62,000 nucleotides of DNA from Botryllus schlosseri (Eukaryota), in assembly GCA_051294905.1 (NCBI GenBank), contig CM119378.1, forward strand, positions 1,426,001 to 1,488,000, in the 5' to 3' direction. Below, in pieces: positions 12,901 to 27,900 of this stretch. Both the position numbers and the translations under genes were made by a program. How positions within the stretch are numbered: the first letter of the stretch is position 1; every line of letters starts with the position of its first letter. The notes beneath the pieces were generated by a model. That model worked only from the letters and a program-made list of their open reading frames with translations, did no database searches and was not told the DNA's origin.

Positions 12901-15900
12901 AGGAAGATGCACCTCCGACGTTAAGTATGCGACCCATCAAATGACTCTAATTTTTAAACTAATGATGGTTTTTGGACCTTTCTACTTCCACTTGAAATAG
13001 GTTTGATATGTCTTGAAAATTGCTTCCTCTACAAGCACTTATGTAGAAATTTACGGAGCTACTTCTGTTTATGGTTGAGTAGCAACTGTCACTATTTTCA
13101 CCACCTCTGTAAGTTACAGCATAGGTATGCGCCAAACACTATTCACCTGCAATGCCTGCCATCGGCAGGTTATCGAGACGATGCCTGGCTTGTGACAATA
13201 GATTTTCGACACGCTCTACTTCTTCGTTGTACGGTTCGCTCTCTTCGAGCAGAGATTCAAGAGCGTGGATATCCGTGGTCACCGAGAGTTCGAGATCGTC
13301 GATCGCCCGTTGAGTTTCGTGAGCGAGGTTCAGAGCCGCACTTTCTTGAAGCTGTTTTGGCTCATCTGGAACAAAATGATGATTCTCAGATGCGCAGTTG
13401 TAAATTTTTGTTTGCAGAAAAGAATTTTTGATATGGGTAATTATACTTTTTCTGAGTACTGTAGGTTTAACAGTTTGAAAGAAGCCATTTTCGATTACCT
13501 TATAAAGTATGTGACCCACGACCAAATCTACCTCTGGTGAATACAAACCTGTGTCTGCAGATGGCAACAAGTTTTGCAAGGCCCGCAATTTCTCTTTCCA
13601 TCCGGCCAATTTTCGCAGAACATTTTTCTTGGAAGAAAGCTGATCCCGAGGGTCGAGATTCACATCTAGGTTTGGGTATTTTCTAGCGAGCCTTTCTACT
13701 TCTGCAAAAAGAGAACGAAGACGCCAGACTAGATAAACGGCCATCTTGTGACAAGAATAACTTCTAATACGATGTGGAATACCTTCGTGGATAGCTTTCG
13801 TCTCCCTGTCCATGTCTTCAACGGCCGAAATTGCCGATAAAATAGTTTCCTCTCTCTTTTTGATATCTGACTCCAAATCTTTGCATTCGGAAGACAGCTA
13901 GAAATACAAATCGAGATATAAACCAGACGGAATCTTGTTGAACCATATTGCAAGTTACATCAATATCACAATATAGCTTTCGGGACTTCCTTAATCGCAG
14001 TATAATTTATTAACTCGAAGACTTTTCGCGTGCCCCTTATCACGGGTTAACGGCGCAATGACCGTCATGTAAACAGAATTTCAAAGAAAACCAATTTGGG
14101 GAAGTATGTAGCAATGTAATTCAAAAAAACAACACTATCAAAGAAAATGAGCGAAAATTACATTACATAGAGAAGCGCTGGACACACAAACAGAACACGA
14201 TTGATTAATATATTCATATTGATATAAACACAATTATTTTCAGGCTGACACTCGTCTGAGGTAATCGTCAGCAGCTAGTACGGAATTGAAGAGAGCAATG
14301 CATATCAACAATCGTAATACCAAATACATCATCACAGGCACAAAAAACTCAAATGTTGTGTCATAGATCATTAAAAATAGTGCATTGAGCTATCCGTTTG
14401 CCTGTATTATTCGAATTTTCATGGTGGAGACATCATATTTGGTGATGCACTTGTTGATATATAAAGTTCTTTTGTATTCTCTACTAGTTGGCGACGATTA
14501 GCCCTGACGGCCCAAAATATTCGGGTTTATTCCAATATGAATATATTATTCGTTGCATACGGAATTTCTGAACCTCCAAGAGTTTCTACATATAGCAGTA
14601 GCCTACATATAAGTAGAAGTAGAGTAGAAGCAAGTATTTTATGCTAGTTTCGTTAAAAATACTGAAAACTGCACGTAGAAGTGGTAGTCTCCCACTCAAT
14701 GGCCGACAGCGATACAATTATCGTGGCAAACCTGGTCAATTTTCCTGGACAAGAAGGAGGAAGAAGGCAAAGCTCCGAATTGCGCCGACGAATGCTCAAA
14801 GCTCTCTTCGTCAACGCTGGGCGTTTCAACACCAGCACCGACTTGTGGGATTCGGTCTCTCATTCGATCAATGTTGCTCTGCAGTTGCCGCAATTCCTTC
14901 CTCAGATTCTGAATGAAGGCAATCTGACTTGATGAAACAGTGCTCAGAAATAATTTTATCCATAGTATATCTTGGATGTCTGTTACAGATAGATCACTGC
15001 TTGAAAGAAATGACGTGTTGGGTCACCAAAAAGAGTACCTTGTGATCTTGTAGTTTTGCTTTAGCGTCAGAAAGATCGTTCAAGGCGAGGGGCTCTGCTA
15101 GAATGCGTTCCGCTTTTTCGCGCCACTTTTTCAGGAACGCGTCCGTTTCATCCACTTCCTCTTGATAGTCGATAGCCTGCAACCAAATCAATGTGAGATC
15201 CACAATCGGAGTATTGTACATATTGCTACAATTGAATAGTATATTCTTATTGAATTAAACCCAAATTATATCTTTGGCTTGGGTGATCGTCAGCAACTAG
15301 TAGAGAATTGTAAAGAACATTGTATATCAACAATCGTATCACCAAATATGACGTCTCTAGCATTAAATTTTTTGAATAATCAAGGCGAACAGATGGTTGA
15401 GACTTAATATCCTAATTCATACATGAACTTCCGTCTAGGATCTTCAATTTAGGCGTATTTTGACAAAAGTCTACTTGAAAGTACACAAAAAAGAGTGAGC
15501 GGCCTCTCCCTACGACACAAAATCTGTCGTCTGGATACTTTTCGGCAGAAATAGAACTATCCAGTAGGTGCTGGTCAATTACAGAATTAATGGTCGTCGC
15601 CTGTTTTGATACAAGCTTCAGGAGAACGACATTTTCTCCGAACGAGATGCGTGTGTTCTGATAAATCTCGGGATATGCTGTTTTTGACGATTACCCCTGA
15701 CGAGTGTCAGCCAAAAATATTCAAAGTTTACGTCAATATGAATACACTATTTCATGGTATGTTGATGATCTGTACCTCCAAGAAGCTCATCAAATATTGC
15801 TGCAAGCCAACCCACCGAGGTAAACTTTCTTGACCTGGCGTCGGCCAGACTGTTGACTCTGGCGTACTGGTCATTGAGGGCGCTTATCGCGGCGTTGATC

Positions 15901-18900
15901 GAGATCTTGCTGCTTTCGTACGATGTTTGCTCGGAGATTTCGGCAGCTAACGCGTCCAGATTGACGAGACGTACGTAGACTTCGTCCAATTGAGATTTAA
16001 GGACCTTGACATAAAGAATATTTTAATAAATTGACAAAAATGGTTCAAAAATCAGACAGACAGTCATTTAATAACTTAAGTCAGGAATATCTGTACAGAT
16101 ATTCCAGACGGTCAAGAGCCAACTAGCTAAGTAGAATCAACGCTTTCAATTTTTTCTCAATTAAATGTAGAAGTGCCAATTTTCAAGACAAGCTAAAATT
16201 CAAGTAAATACGACCCTCACCCGATGTTCAATTTCCGCAGTGGCGCAGTCTTTGATATCTGTGGTCAATCGTCTTTCAGCATCGGTGAGCAAAGATGAGA
16301 TGTCCAGCAATTCTTTCTGATATTCCTCTCTCAATGATTTGGCAGCTTCTAGATCCTTTAGCGTACAAAGAAGATGCTATAGCTGGTGATGACCAATGTA
16401 GTCCGTGTTGCTACTCGATTATTAGCAGAAAGAGTGATATACAAGAAATTGTGAAAAGTACTTTAAGTGGAAATAGAAAATAGCATGTCTGAAAAATACT
16501 GAAATAAATCATTTCAAAAAGTAGATTTGGTGGATGTGTTGCATACTTTAAGCAATTAATCGAATCTGGCTACAGTCAAAATTGTAAGATATATCCACAC
16601 GAAAAAAAAATGAAATATGACACTACAAACATGTTGAATCTTCGAAAATATGACAATATCCATCATAGAAGTGATTTAAACTTATTTCTAAATTACTTTC
16701 TACTTTTTAAAACACAAATCGTACGAAGTAAGTAATTTTGCCTAAAAACTGCGCAAGTTAAACTGTACCTTTGGTAGTTATAGTTAGTAAAAACCTACAA
16801 CAGAGAATGGAAACGGCACCTTTTCTTTCCCCGACAGTTCGTTTTCCACTTCGTCGAATGCGACTTTAATTTTCACGATCAAGCTCGTGATTTCCGACGG
16901 AAGTACCGTGTATTTGTTCAGATACTTTTTCTGTTCGTCGTCCATCCAAGACTCGAAATATTCTCGTTTTTTGGACAAACGCTCTTTCAGCTTGAAAATA
17001 ATACAGTAAGATTTTGAGGTTAGGCAAAACATTCGAAAATACTCTGGCTGGTACAGAGCTTCAATATAAACTCGAATAATTTATTCATACTGAAATAAAT
17101 GTGGGATGAGTCTCAGCCGAAAATCTTCGGGCTTATTACAATGTAAATATATTATTTAATTGTACATTAGACAAAGTAAAATTGAAATTCTCCTTACTTG
17201 ATCCATAGAATCCATTTTGTCTTGAACTTGAGCAGGAGACGGAGTTAGATCTGTACAGCGTTCGGCTGAAATTCGAGCGTCCGACAGCCACTGAAGAAGA
17301 TCTTGAAGTTCTTCTTGAACTGATTCACGGTACGACATTTCAGAGTTGACTTTTGACACTTTTTCATTGGCTTCTTCTTTCAGGCTGACGCAAAAATAGG
17401 TTCTCAATTTGTGTCCGATGCAGCCTTTGCGTTTGTTCATTTTAATATTATTGCCATCAATTCAAAACACTGCAGGATTGCGATACAATGAAAAGACAGA
17501 GAGGAGTCGAAACGAGTCAAGTGTGTTGTACAAGCATTTTCCATTCTCGTGCATACACGAAGGAGCTTTGATTTGATATAAACTGAATTTCATGTTTGTT
17601 GTTGTTCTTCCGAATTCAGAATTTAATTCATTTCCACGTTTTTACAAATTCAGTAATTATAATTCTAATCTTGGAAAGCTGAAAAATTTTCCAGGTGTCA
17701 AACTCTGTCTGATCTCTGTCCGACAATCTGGAGCGCTGACTAATATCCATTCAGTAGAAACTGCTACTATTTTGACACAAATGTCAGTAAAACTACAAAC
17801 CTCTGTAACTTGGATTCCACGTCATCCACTTCTCGAGAGATCATCTTCGATATGGCGCGTTCCAGATTTCTGGAAATGCTTTGCGAAGTATCCTGAATTG
17901 CGGTCATGTTACGAGCTGTTGCGTGAAGATCTTTCGATAACGATGCCAGGAGAGATCTGAACCAAATAATCAAGTTAGGACTAGAGCCGGAATGACACCG
18001 ATAAAACCTATAACCAGCACCTTTACCTATCACATCGATAACTCAGCTGATATTTAAAAGATACGGCATTTAGCTTAAGGCGCATTTCCAAAACTTTACA
18101 GAATTCGTTAAAACAGATTTGCAGCCATTACTATATTTGGACAAGAAATAAACTAGAAAGGATGCATCTGATCAATTGCATGATGCAAGAAATAGATAAA
18201 TACTTCCAGTCAGCAGTCACCGATTATGGTGCTCCGATTCCCAACTACCCTGTTGTGACATCACGATAATTACCTATATTTGTTACCTGTCATGGCTGAT
18301 AATGATATTTTTATCAAAGTGCGATAATGAATCCATATTTAATAATCAGTATGACTCTATTTATGACCCATATATATTGGCAGCGTAGGAAATTAATCCT
18401 CAATTACAAGCAGAAGTTGAAATTTCCGTGGCAAGTCAAAACTACTTGTGTGCTTCAAAAAGATAGAAACACTTCATTGCTGATCACCTATAGTGAAAAC
18501 ACGCGTGAGAATTGAAGTAGAAATAATTTCAAAAACTCTGCACCTCTGCGTTTGAAGATCAAGGGCAGTGCATTTTTCGATTTGCTTTACTGGCATTCTG
18601 CTTTTGATACGCTCCAGAGCTGACTTTGTCGCGGAGATATCTTGGTGGTAGCTCTCCCATTCCTGAAGCTGTTGTTGAAACAGACGTTCCACTTCCTGCA
18701 AAAGTATATTTCAGCTCGATCAAAAGAGAATCACGTATTCACACATGAGATTGGAATTAGACTAACGAGAATTCGCTTCAATTTGTCGAACTAGAGAACG
18801 GAAATTATCTAGTTCACCAAAACCTGACAGATCAGAGTACCATGTTTCAATTCACTGCTATAACATTTATGTTATCACACTTTACGATCTTTCCAATTCT

Positions 18901-21900
18901 CTACTAGTTGCTGACGATTACCCCTGACGAATGTCAACCAAAAATATTCAGGTTCATTCCAATATGAATATGAATGTTTTTTTTCTACAATTGTATTTTT
19001 GTTTGTTAATCTAAAAGTTGTGAGAGTATTATTTCCTGTAGTAAAATACTTCTGGCCTGGGTGGCTCATCATGGATGACTCAATTCAAACCTCACTGATC
19101 TAAATGGCACATTTAACCTATTTGTATTTTTATGATGTACGCTATTGATTTGCATGATTGACAAATAAGATCGTCCCCTTTCATTCTCTGTTAACATGTA
19201 ATAATAAAAAGAATCCTATTTTATTCCTTTTTTCTGCCATAACATGAAAAATGTAGCTGTATCTTACCGCAGACTTTGCTTGTAGTCTTTCGATTCGATC
19301 TTTGACACCGCTGATACATCGGTTCACCGACATCCTTCCAGTAAAACTACCAAGAGATATGCTTTCGGAAACCTTCTGCAGTGCTTGCACTTCGTGATCC
19401 AGCTGTGCGATCTCACTTAATACCGTCTGAATAAAATTCATTTTCCACAATTGATACTTTGCTTAAAACCAAACAAAAGTTCTTTGTTGGCATTTGTAGG
19501 TAAAGGAACAATATTTAGCAAAGTGGGGAGAGGTATGCAAACAGTTTCATAGAATTACCTTGAAATTCTCCACTTTTACCCTGGCGTCGTGTACAGAGTT
19601 GGGCATCGATCGTTTGGCTGCAACTAAATGAGTTTCGGCTCTTTGCACCTTGGCTTGTACTTTTTCAACCTCTTCGTCAAACCCTTCCCAGCTTACAGCC
19701 GACTTCTAAAGGACGCACAATACAAGACAAATAAGTTTAATAGGAACGAAAATGAAGGCCAGAGACTCCACAATGACATTAATATTTCCATTAACTTTTT
19801 TGTCCGGATTCCGGGGATTCCCTAATTACATTGTTAGGTTGCCTAGAAAAACGCTGCACACCAAATTCGGCTCGATTCCAACTGGTAGATGTGAAAGCAC
19901 AGGAGTTTGAAAATTTGGAATTTATTTTAAAATGTTTATTGAGAAAATTTTAAATTTTACTGTCAACCGCATGAAATTATAAAGTTGTCTACAAAAAACG
20001 ATGCATGACGAATTTGACTCAATTCCAACCCGTAAAAGTCAAGTTATTTTAGTTTTCCATTATTAATTCTGGGATTACTCACCGTTCAGGCTATTTTTGC
20101 AAATGAATTTTTTTTAACTGCAATAACTTCGCATCTACCAGTTGAAAATGAACAATAATTGTTTAACATCGTTCTTTTAGACCACCTATCAATTTCATGG
20201 GGTTGAGAGTAAAATTTGAAAAAAAAATTCTAATTTTTGAAAATAATCTTTGACTTTGAAACTCTTGTGCGTTCACATCTATGGGTTGGAATCGAGCCAA
20301 ACTTGGTGAACAGCGTTTTTTAGGCAACCTAACAATCCAATCATTGATTCCCTAGAATAGAGAAAAATACTTACGTTTGCACATCCCTACACTCCTATTT
20401 GTAGTGTCATTAATCATTTTGTGTTAGTGTCATTAATCATTTTGTGTTAGTGTCATTAATCATTTTGTGTTAGTTTCCTATAACGGGTGTAGTTTGTAAC
20501 CTCTCAACTATGTCTGCTTTCCAAAAATACTCACTTGAGTAATTCTGATATATTTCATTTTATACTTCCACTTGAAATTGTTTAAACATATCTTGGGAAT
20601 TGCTATTTCTACTTGTAACTAAAAAGATGCTTACAGTGTAACTTCAACTAAACCCGCACTCTGATTACTTGGACCGCCTGTAATTGTGATTAAGATTTTA
20701 CCTCCAAAGTGTCCCTGATTTCATGAGCCATGTCCAGCAGATTATCAGCTCGACCCCTGGCGCTGTTAACTGTTTCGTTGAGAGATTTTCGTGCAGTGTT
20801 GGAAAGAGCGGGGCTGTGCTCCAAGTCCTTGGCTACGACACTCAGCTCATCGATGTTGCTCAGAACTTCGTCCTCGGTCATGAATAAGGCCTACGCGCAA
20901 ATGAAATCAGAAATTAGAATTGGGTAAATAAAATGAATATATTATTCTCAGAGATTAAAGTATGGTTCAAGATAGAGAGATAAAGAAGAGATTGAAGTTG
21001 AAAACGTGACATTGTTGTGTGACATCAATTAACCATGTGTTGTTCATGTGCTTGAAACTTACAATATTCAATTGAATAATATATTCATGTTGAAATGAAA
21101 CCTTATATTTTTGGCTGACAAAAATTCAAATATAATCGAGCAAAACAGTGTCAGCCAAAGTATCCCGATTCATTTCAATATGAATAGGTTACTTAGTCTT
21201 ATCAAACATACATTTCTGCAACTGCAACACCAATGTTAATTCGATGTTTCAAATTGACATAAGTAACAAAAGTTTTAGAAACATTAGCTTAGACTACAAC
21301 TAAAGAACTAAGCATAAAGTATTCAGAAGAGATGCTGTATAGTGTTTATAAAAGTCATACCAAAGCAAGTTTAAAACTAATTCCTTGACAGCAGATATCT
21401 TTTTTACGCCAATGAATTGGAATACCTTTCTCATTAACAGTCAAGAAAAAAGACGTTACAGACAAAATACTCATTTTCATTATTGGAAATTCAGCTCATA
21501 CCTACACAAGTACACAATATTTTATTGCAAGATAACATCAACACTGACAGGACTATGTGACACATGACAGAGTCATTCCATGATGTTAAGGCCATCACAT
21601 CACTCAGTCAAACAAGATTCAAAATAGCTTCTTTCCCATGCCATACAGGATTTTAAATCATATCTTAAATTCCTGTCAGTAATAAATCTGAAAGATATTA
21701 GTGAAAACACAAGATATCAAGTCAAAGGGAACAGAAGTGAAGTAAGCTTACAGTGAAAATATCCGCTAATACACACGCTACCGGCTAACAGTAACATATC
21801 ACGCTACGAAATAAGGGTTGACATCTGGATGCAGAAAAAATAGAAATGCTTGTGGTGCAGAACAGGGCAATGCGGTGAAAAATTGAAAAGGTGCCAGTGT

Positions 21901-24900
21901 GATGAAACAATTATCAACTCACAGAGTCGTCAGAACTGGAGCTTTCCTCCTCCTTTCACGGGAAATGATAAATCATTATATCGTAATTGCAGATAGTTTG
22001 TGTCATGAATTCAGCAACTTAATCTTTGACTAATGATGAAATTCCCATCAAATAATTGGGAATGAAGTTGAAGGGCGATCAGCCAATTTGATTTGTGATT
22101 TAACAAAGAAAATTCGATGAGAAATTGGCAACATAAAACATAATGGTTATATCATCAGCATTGATGTTAAGTTTATTACAGACTTGTACAAACTATCAGC
22201 CTAGTTAGTTGAGGTCAACTAGCTAGTGGTTTTTTGAGTAGTTCTAGATCTAGTTCCAGTAGCGCATTTAAAAAATAAGTAGTTCTGTTGTGTGATGTTT
22301 TTGTGGTCATTGCCAGCTCATAATCATCACTGCTAACGTTGGCGTTGGTGAGTTTTGAGGTTGAAACCCCTCCCGTTTCAAACTAGCACTGATGATTACA
22401 TGGACAGCCCATTCAATTCCGATAAAATAATAAGTCGCTTCTGAATTGAATCTAATTAGTTGTGTTTTAGTTCGGTATTTTCAGACTCTAAACATTTTAG
22501 TTCAAGTTCTAGCTCTAAAAAGGAACCAGTAGTTTGTACAAGTCTGGTTTATCAGGCCTACTGTACTCGTTAGGTAACACACTAAGCACTCTCATGCCAA
22601 TAGTCATGCAGCAACCTGATATTGATGGAGGACGTCCGAAGCCTGAATGTTCAAAATACATTTTACCAATTCAAATATACACGGTATATCACAATTATAT
22701 ATCGGAATAGATCCTTCCGATTCGCCAATCGCCAGAGATACTATACATTCTGAACTACAAATCTTTTGTTACGGCATTTTAAGATCTCGCAACAAACAAT
22801 TTATTCCACTTGGATGCGATATTCATGTTTTTACCTGAAGAAGCCTACGTTTAAAGAGAATTATATTATAAGCCAAGAAGTAATGTGCCTGTTGTTACCT
22901 GATGCTCCAAAAGCAGTTGTTTCGCGTGTCTCGGCGAATTATCTCCGTTCAGCAATTGAAGTTCTGCGCTAGCGCTGCCCAATTGCGACTGAACCTTTTT
23001 CAAGCAATCGGAGTATTTTTGCCTCACCGCGAACGCGTCTTCGAGGCGAGTCTACAAATTACGGTAGCATTGAATCGAATTATAACCAAGTTTGACTTGT
23101 TTGTGAACAAAAATTTGGAAAAAAATTTCGAAACCTGTTTTGCCAAGATTGCGGACGTTAAAGATTCTTTCAATTGATGTACTTGGCTGAGTTTTTGGTT
23201 GACAGATTTAGGAGGCTCCTCCCCTTCCTCCCGGTACTTTTCAACATCTAGTTCTCCGAGACCAATCAGCATCCTTAGTCGAGATTGCACTTCCTCTTGG
23301 ATGAGCTGAAAAAAAGTATTTTGGAAAAATGACGGACGATAGAAGTGTGGAAGCAGGTTTGTCGTAATGTGGGTATGATTTTACTTTTACTTCAGTTTTC
23401 AGTTTTTTAGACAAAATTAGGTCTAAAATACTAACTTTTTCACTAAGTCAGAAATTGATACTTCTACTTCTACTTGAGAACCAGTGATGACTGATTTGAG
23501 TCCCTATGCTGAAAATAATCACCTGTAATTTTTTCATTTCTTCTTGTACGCTTTGCGTGTCGAGCTTCAAAGGCTTGTCGCATTCGATGGCAGCCTGTAT
23601 TTCCGAGAGCCATACAATGCCGTATTCCAGCTCCCCTTGAAAATCGCGACGCGACATCAATCTGAAACGCAATCGGCGTTGTTTAGAGTCGGCAAACTTC
23701 AGCTGTTCCGCAAGAATTTAGTATTGAGCAGCATATTTAAAATAATAAATCTCTTGACCTTATAATACAGTTATAATAAAGTTCATCCTGCTGCGGCAAG
23801 TGATTTTCGATAACTTTAAAAAACAGACTTCTTGTCATTCAAGAATTGTCAGTGAAACAGGCAAACTACCTGTGGTCTGAAGACGCATATCGGATATCAA
23901 TTTAAGGTTCAACATATTTGTCGTCGCAGCGTCTAATTCAGAATTTAGAAATTTGCGCATTGCCTAAAATGGTTTGAAATATAGCAAATAACACAGACCT
24001 TGACAAAAGCGGGGATCATGCTTACACAGCAAAATTAATAATAAGTTACTAGAAAAATACACTTTCTATTAACATCGATGGCTAGGCCATAGAACTGCTT
24101 CTGTCGTCGGGAAAGTTAATAAGAAATGTGGCCTAAAGTTTTTAGTATATGTAGCAGTATAGTATCTACACAATAATTGGTAAAACAGTATAGTATAGGA
24201 ATGTTTGTGCATAATAAAAAAATACATTGAGCTAAAACCATTTGTAGGCCACGATTATTCAGATTTTCATGCCGCTGATGTCATATTTTGTGATACGCTT
24301 GCTGATATGCAATGTTCTTTTCAATTCTTTACTAGTTGCTGGCGATTAGCCTTGGCGAGTGTCAGCCAAAAATATTCCGGGTTATTTCAATATGAATGTA
24401 ATAGTCAATGGAACAGTATATGAAGATGGATTTAACGCTATTTTAAAGCTGAAACTGACAAGTATCGAACGCGAACCTTCTTTCCAAGTCACGCTGTTGA
24501 TCTCCGATATCAGCTTGCAACTCATGAAGGGCGGTTCTCAATTTTTCAACTTTCTCACGAATAACACCTTTGTCGATGGTAGTCATGTCTTCGCAAAGTT
24601 GTTCCGCTAGACCGGATATGGAACGGAGTTCGATCTGCGCGCTGGTCAGTTCCGCGGCCGTTTGCTGAATAACAAAAACATTCGTGCGTCGAAATATTTT
24701 CGACTATGACACATAGAGTGAGATAATCTTTATTTGGCAATCATGGAAATCAATAACATACATACTGTACCACAGATTAGGTGAAATGTGGCATATAGAT
24801 AAGCAAGGTACAGACAGAAAGCTCGTTATAACAGATTCAACAATGCAGAACCAAAACCTGGAATTAGATAGTTAGATTAGATAGATAGTTCCACTTGACA

Positions 24901-27900
24901 AAATACACTGATTCGAGAGAATTGCCTGTAATTTAATTGCAATCTAATTTGTGAAATGTTTATAGGCTGTGATTTAAATTCTAATTTAATTTCTGGCTTT
25001 CCCGAAAATACTACAGAACTGTCTAGTGCGAAAAGAGCCAAGCTCGATTTGGTGTGAAGTAAACTTTATTTTTGATTTATTTCTGTCTATTTTTACGGAT
25101 TCAGTGATTCCAACTCTAATCTTATTTAGAAAAGATCTGTGTAGGTAACATTCTAATTTTAATTTAATTTAGAAAAATTACCTGTGTAGCTATCATTCTA
25201 ATTGTAATATTCTTTAGAAAAAGCTGTATAGCTATCACTCAAATTCTAATATAATTTGGAAAAAAGCTTAGTAGCTATCATTCTAATTCTAATATCATTT
25301 GTAAAAAAGCTTAGTAGCTATCATTCTAATTCTAATTCCAATCCAATTTGGAATAGCTGAAAATTTTTCAATAGTTCAAATCTGTTTCCCACTTGACATT
25401 CCGAAAGCCGGTGTTCCGTCCTCGAAGGACTGCCTGCGCTAATCAGCCTTTTATATTCTTGCAGTTCGTCGGCAAGGTGTCGCGATCGACATTCAAAGTT
25501 CTCCCGATTAAGAGACATATCTCGGAAACGTTCGATTCTCTGCGTGCTCTGTTGCATGAGACGATGGAAAATCGCGGTAGCTGTAATGAGAAAAAAGAAT
25601 TTTCACTTTACTGATAAATATATGCTTGGTGATTGAGCTTTATTTGCTGGTACTTGAGCAGGACAATCAAATAATAGAATATCTGCTATTTTAGGAATGC
25701 TTTCTAAGACCAAAGTCATGCTCAAGAAGAACTAAAATAATGCTGTAAATTTGTACACGACTATAAGTAGAAGTAGCCATTTCCAATCCAGACTAAAAAA
25801 AACTAAATGTAGTTGTGGTGTATCTTATAGCTCTGTTCTAATCGGGTCATCATGTATCAGTTCATTATTGCTCTCCTTACCATTAGTTTCCAAAATTGCT
25901 ATTCTATTTAAAATGCTACTGTGACTGACTGCGTTCTTTAATCGCATTTTACAATGTATGCTGAAATTTCAGTCAGTGAAAGCCTATGAAATTACAGTAT
26001 TGCGGGTAAAAACACAGTTTACCTTTCAAGAGCTCTTCAGGCTGCCAAGGCTGACCAGAGTTTTTGAGCGAGTCTCTCATCTTTTCGATGGAGTCCAGCC
26101 TCGGCTTTTTCTTGGCGAGAGTATCTTTAGTGGCCTGCGTAAATTGTGACAGAGAGATCGCAAAACAACCAAGATGATAAGTTTTGACAATTTTGATAAG
26201 GTACCTCTGCTTTTTCTAGTAGTTCGCGCGCTCGTTCTGACGTGTAGCCGGTGGGCATGCCGTCTAGTTCTTGTATGAGAGCTTGGCCTTTGCTCAGGTA
26301 ATCTTCGAACTGATCCAATTCTTCGGAATATTCTTTTCTGGACACCATCATTTCAACCAGTCTCTCCTCTTTTTCCACGGCGGCGGCACAAACCCTAGAA
26401 TATAGGAGACGGTGAATATATCAACATAATATTGATAAAAAATAGCTCACGGATATATAACTGTGCAATATCGTTATCGTTTAGTTTTTCTTTACCAATT
26501 CATCAACATATATTTTCATGAATATTATTACAATAACTTTTAATGATGTACATTTATATTTATAACATATAGGCCTATGTATGACTTTGTAACGTGACCA
26601 GGAGACTTGATGACCTAATGGTGGTAACGCTGATCACCATTTCACGGAGATATATTCTCTGAATTTATGGAAATAAACTACCGTTTGGTTAATAGGCTAA
26701 TAGTAATTCGAGTACCACCTTTTATGTCATCGTAACAATTGTAATGATTTGAAAAGTCTAAATATGTATGTTTTTTGTGGCCGCAAGGATCATGTTTCCA
26801 GTATGTATTTCTGTAGCGATTAGTGATCATTATGAGGCTTGATCACTACTTAACAAAAATATATCTCCATGAACATGCTCTTAGATGCTGAGATACGGCA
26901 AACCAAGCTTTCGAAACTCCGGGGATAAATGATGTCGTTATGGTGATCTACCACAGAGGACATGCCACTAAGAGAACTTTTAACCTACTGGTTAAATTGG
27001 TCTTCGATTGACTTGATCTTAGCATCCAAAATGTCTCGGTCGGTATCCGATAAGTCAGGCCTCATCTGCGCTGCCTTGTCTTGAATCTTCTGAACTAGGT
27101 CTTGGTACGCGACAGATTCCGAAGATATTTGCTACAATGTAACAACATCCATTTACTTGTGAATGTATTGATGTCAACCCACTACTTTGAGACACTTACT
27201 TTGTACTTTCCGATGTGGTTCTCTAAATCTGCCAAGGGGGCGGCAAGATTTACTTCAGGGAAAGTGACAATGTCGGCTTCTTTCAGCCAACGATGACAAC
27301 GGTCGCAATCGGCCTGTAAAACAATATTTCAAGTGTCTGAAAAAACTCATAGAACTTCAGTGTACATTTGTATAGTATATTTGTTTTGAAATAATCCAGA
27401 ATGTTATCGGCTGCAACTAGTGGAGAATTGGAAAGAACATTGTGTAGCAGCAGCAAACATCAAATATGTCATCATTCGCTTGCAAATTCGAATAGTCGGG
27501 GTGAACGATACACACCAACTTGGAGAATTTGTGTATAATCTAAAAATAGTACATTGACCTTAACCCAGGCTTGTAACCAAGTCACTAGGCTCCGAGTCAC
27601 AAGTCAATCTCACTTTTATACTTTTGACTCGAGTCAAGTCGAGTCAATTTCAATTCACCACCGAGTCAAGTCCGAGTCCAAGTCAACGATCAGAGGGTCG
27701 AGTCCGAGTCATGGTATTATGACTCGAGTCCAAGTCCAAGTCATTGTGTTGACTGCTCTGTTTCCAGTTGAAGTCTTGTTAAACCCACTTTTTATAACTC
27801 TGTTTGGTGATATCGAATGGTTCGCATTTATAATATACTCATTTTCCTCGTTTTTAGCAGTTTCTGGACCCATTTTCGAGTACGAGTACCAATAGACGAA

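Noticed and set aside
23662..23702. Longer version of exon 23523 using the AG at 23703-23704
   Set aside because: Phase 0 is incompatible with the phase-2 donor of the upstream exon 24477-24664.
27554..27895. Ser-rich 113-aa ORF with a hydrophobic end
   Set aside because: It lies within the GACTCGAGTC MITE and translates its subterminal repeats.
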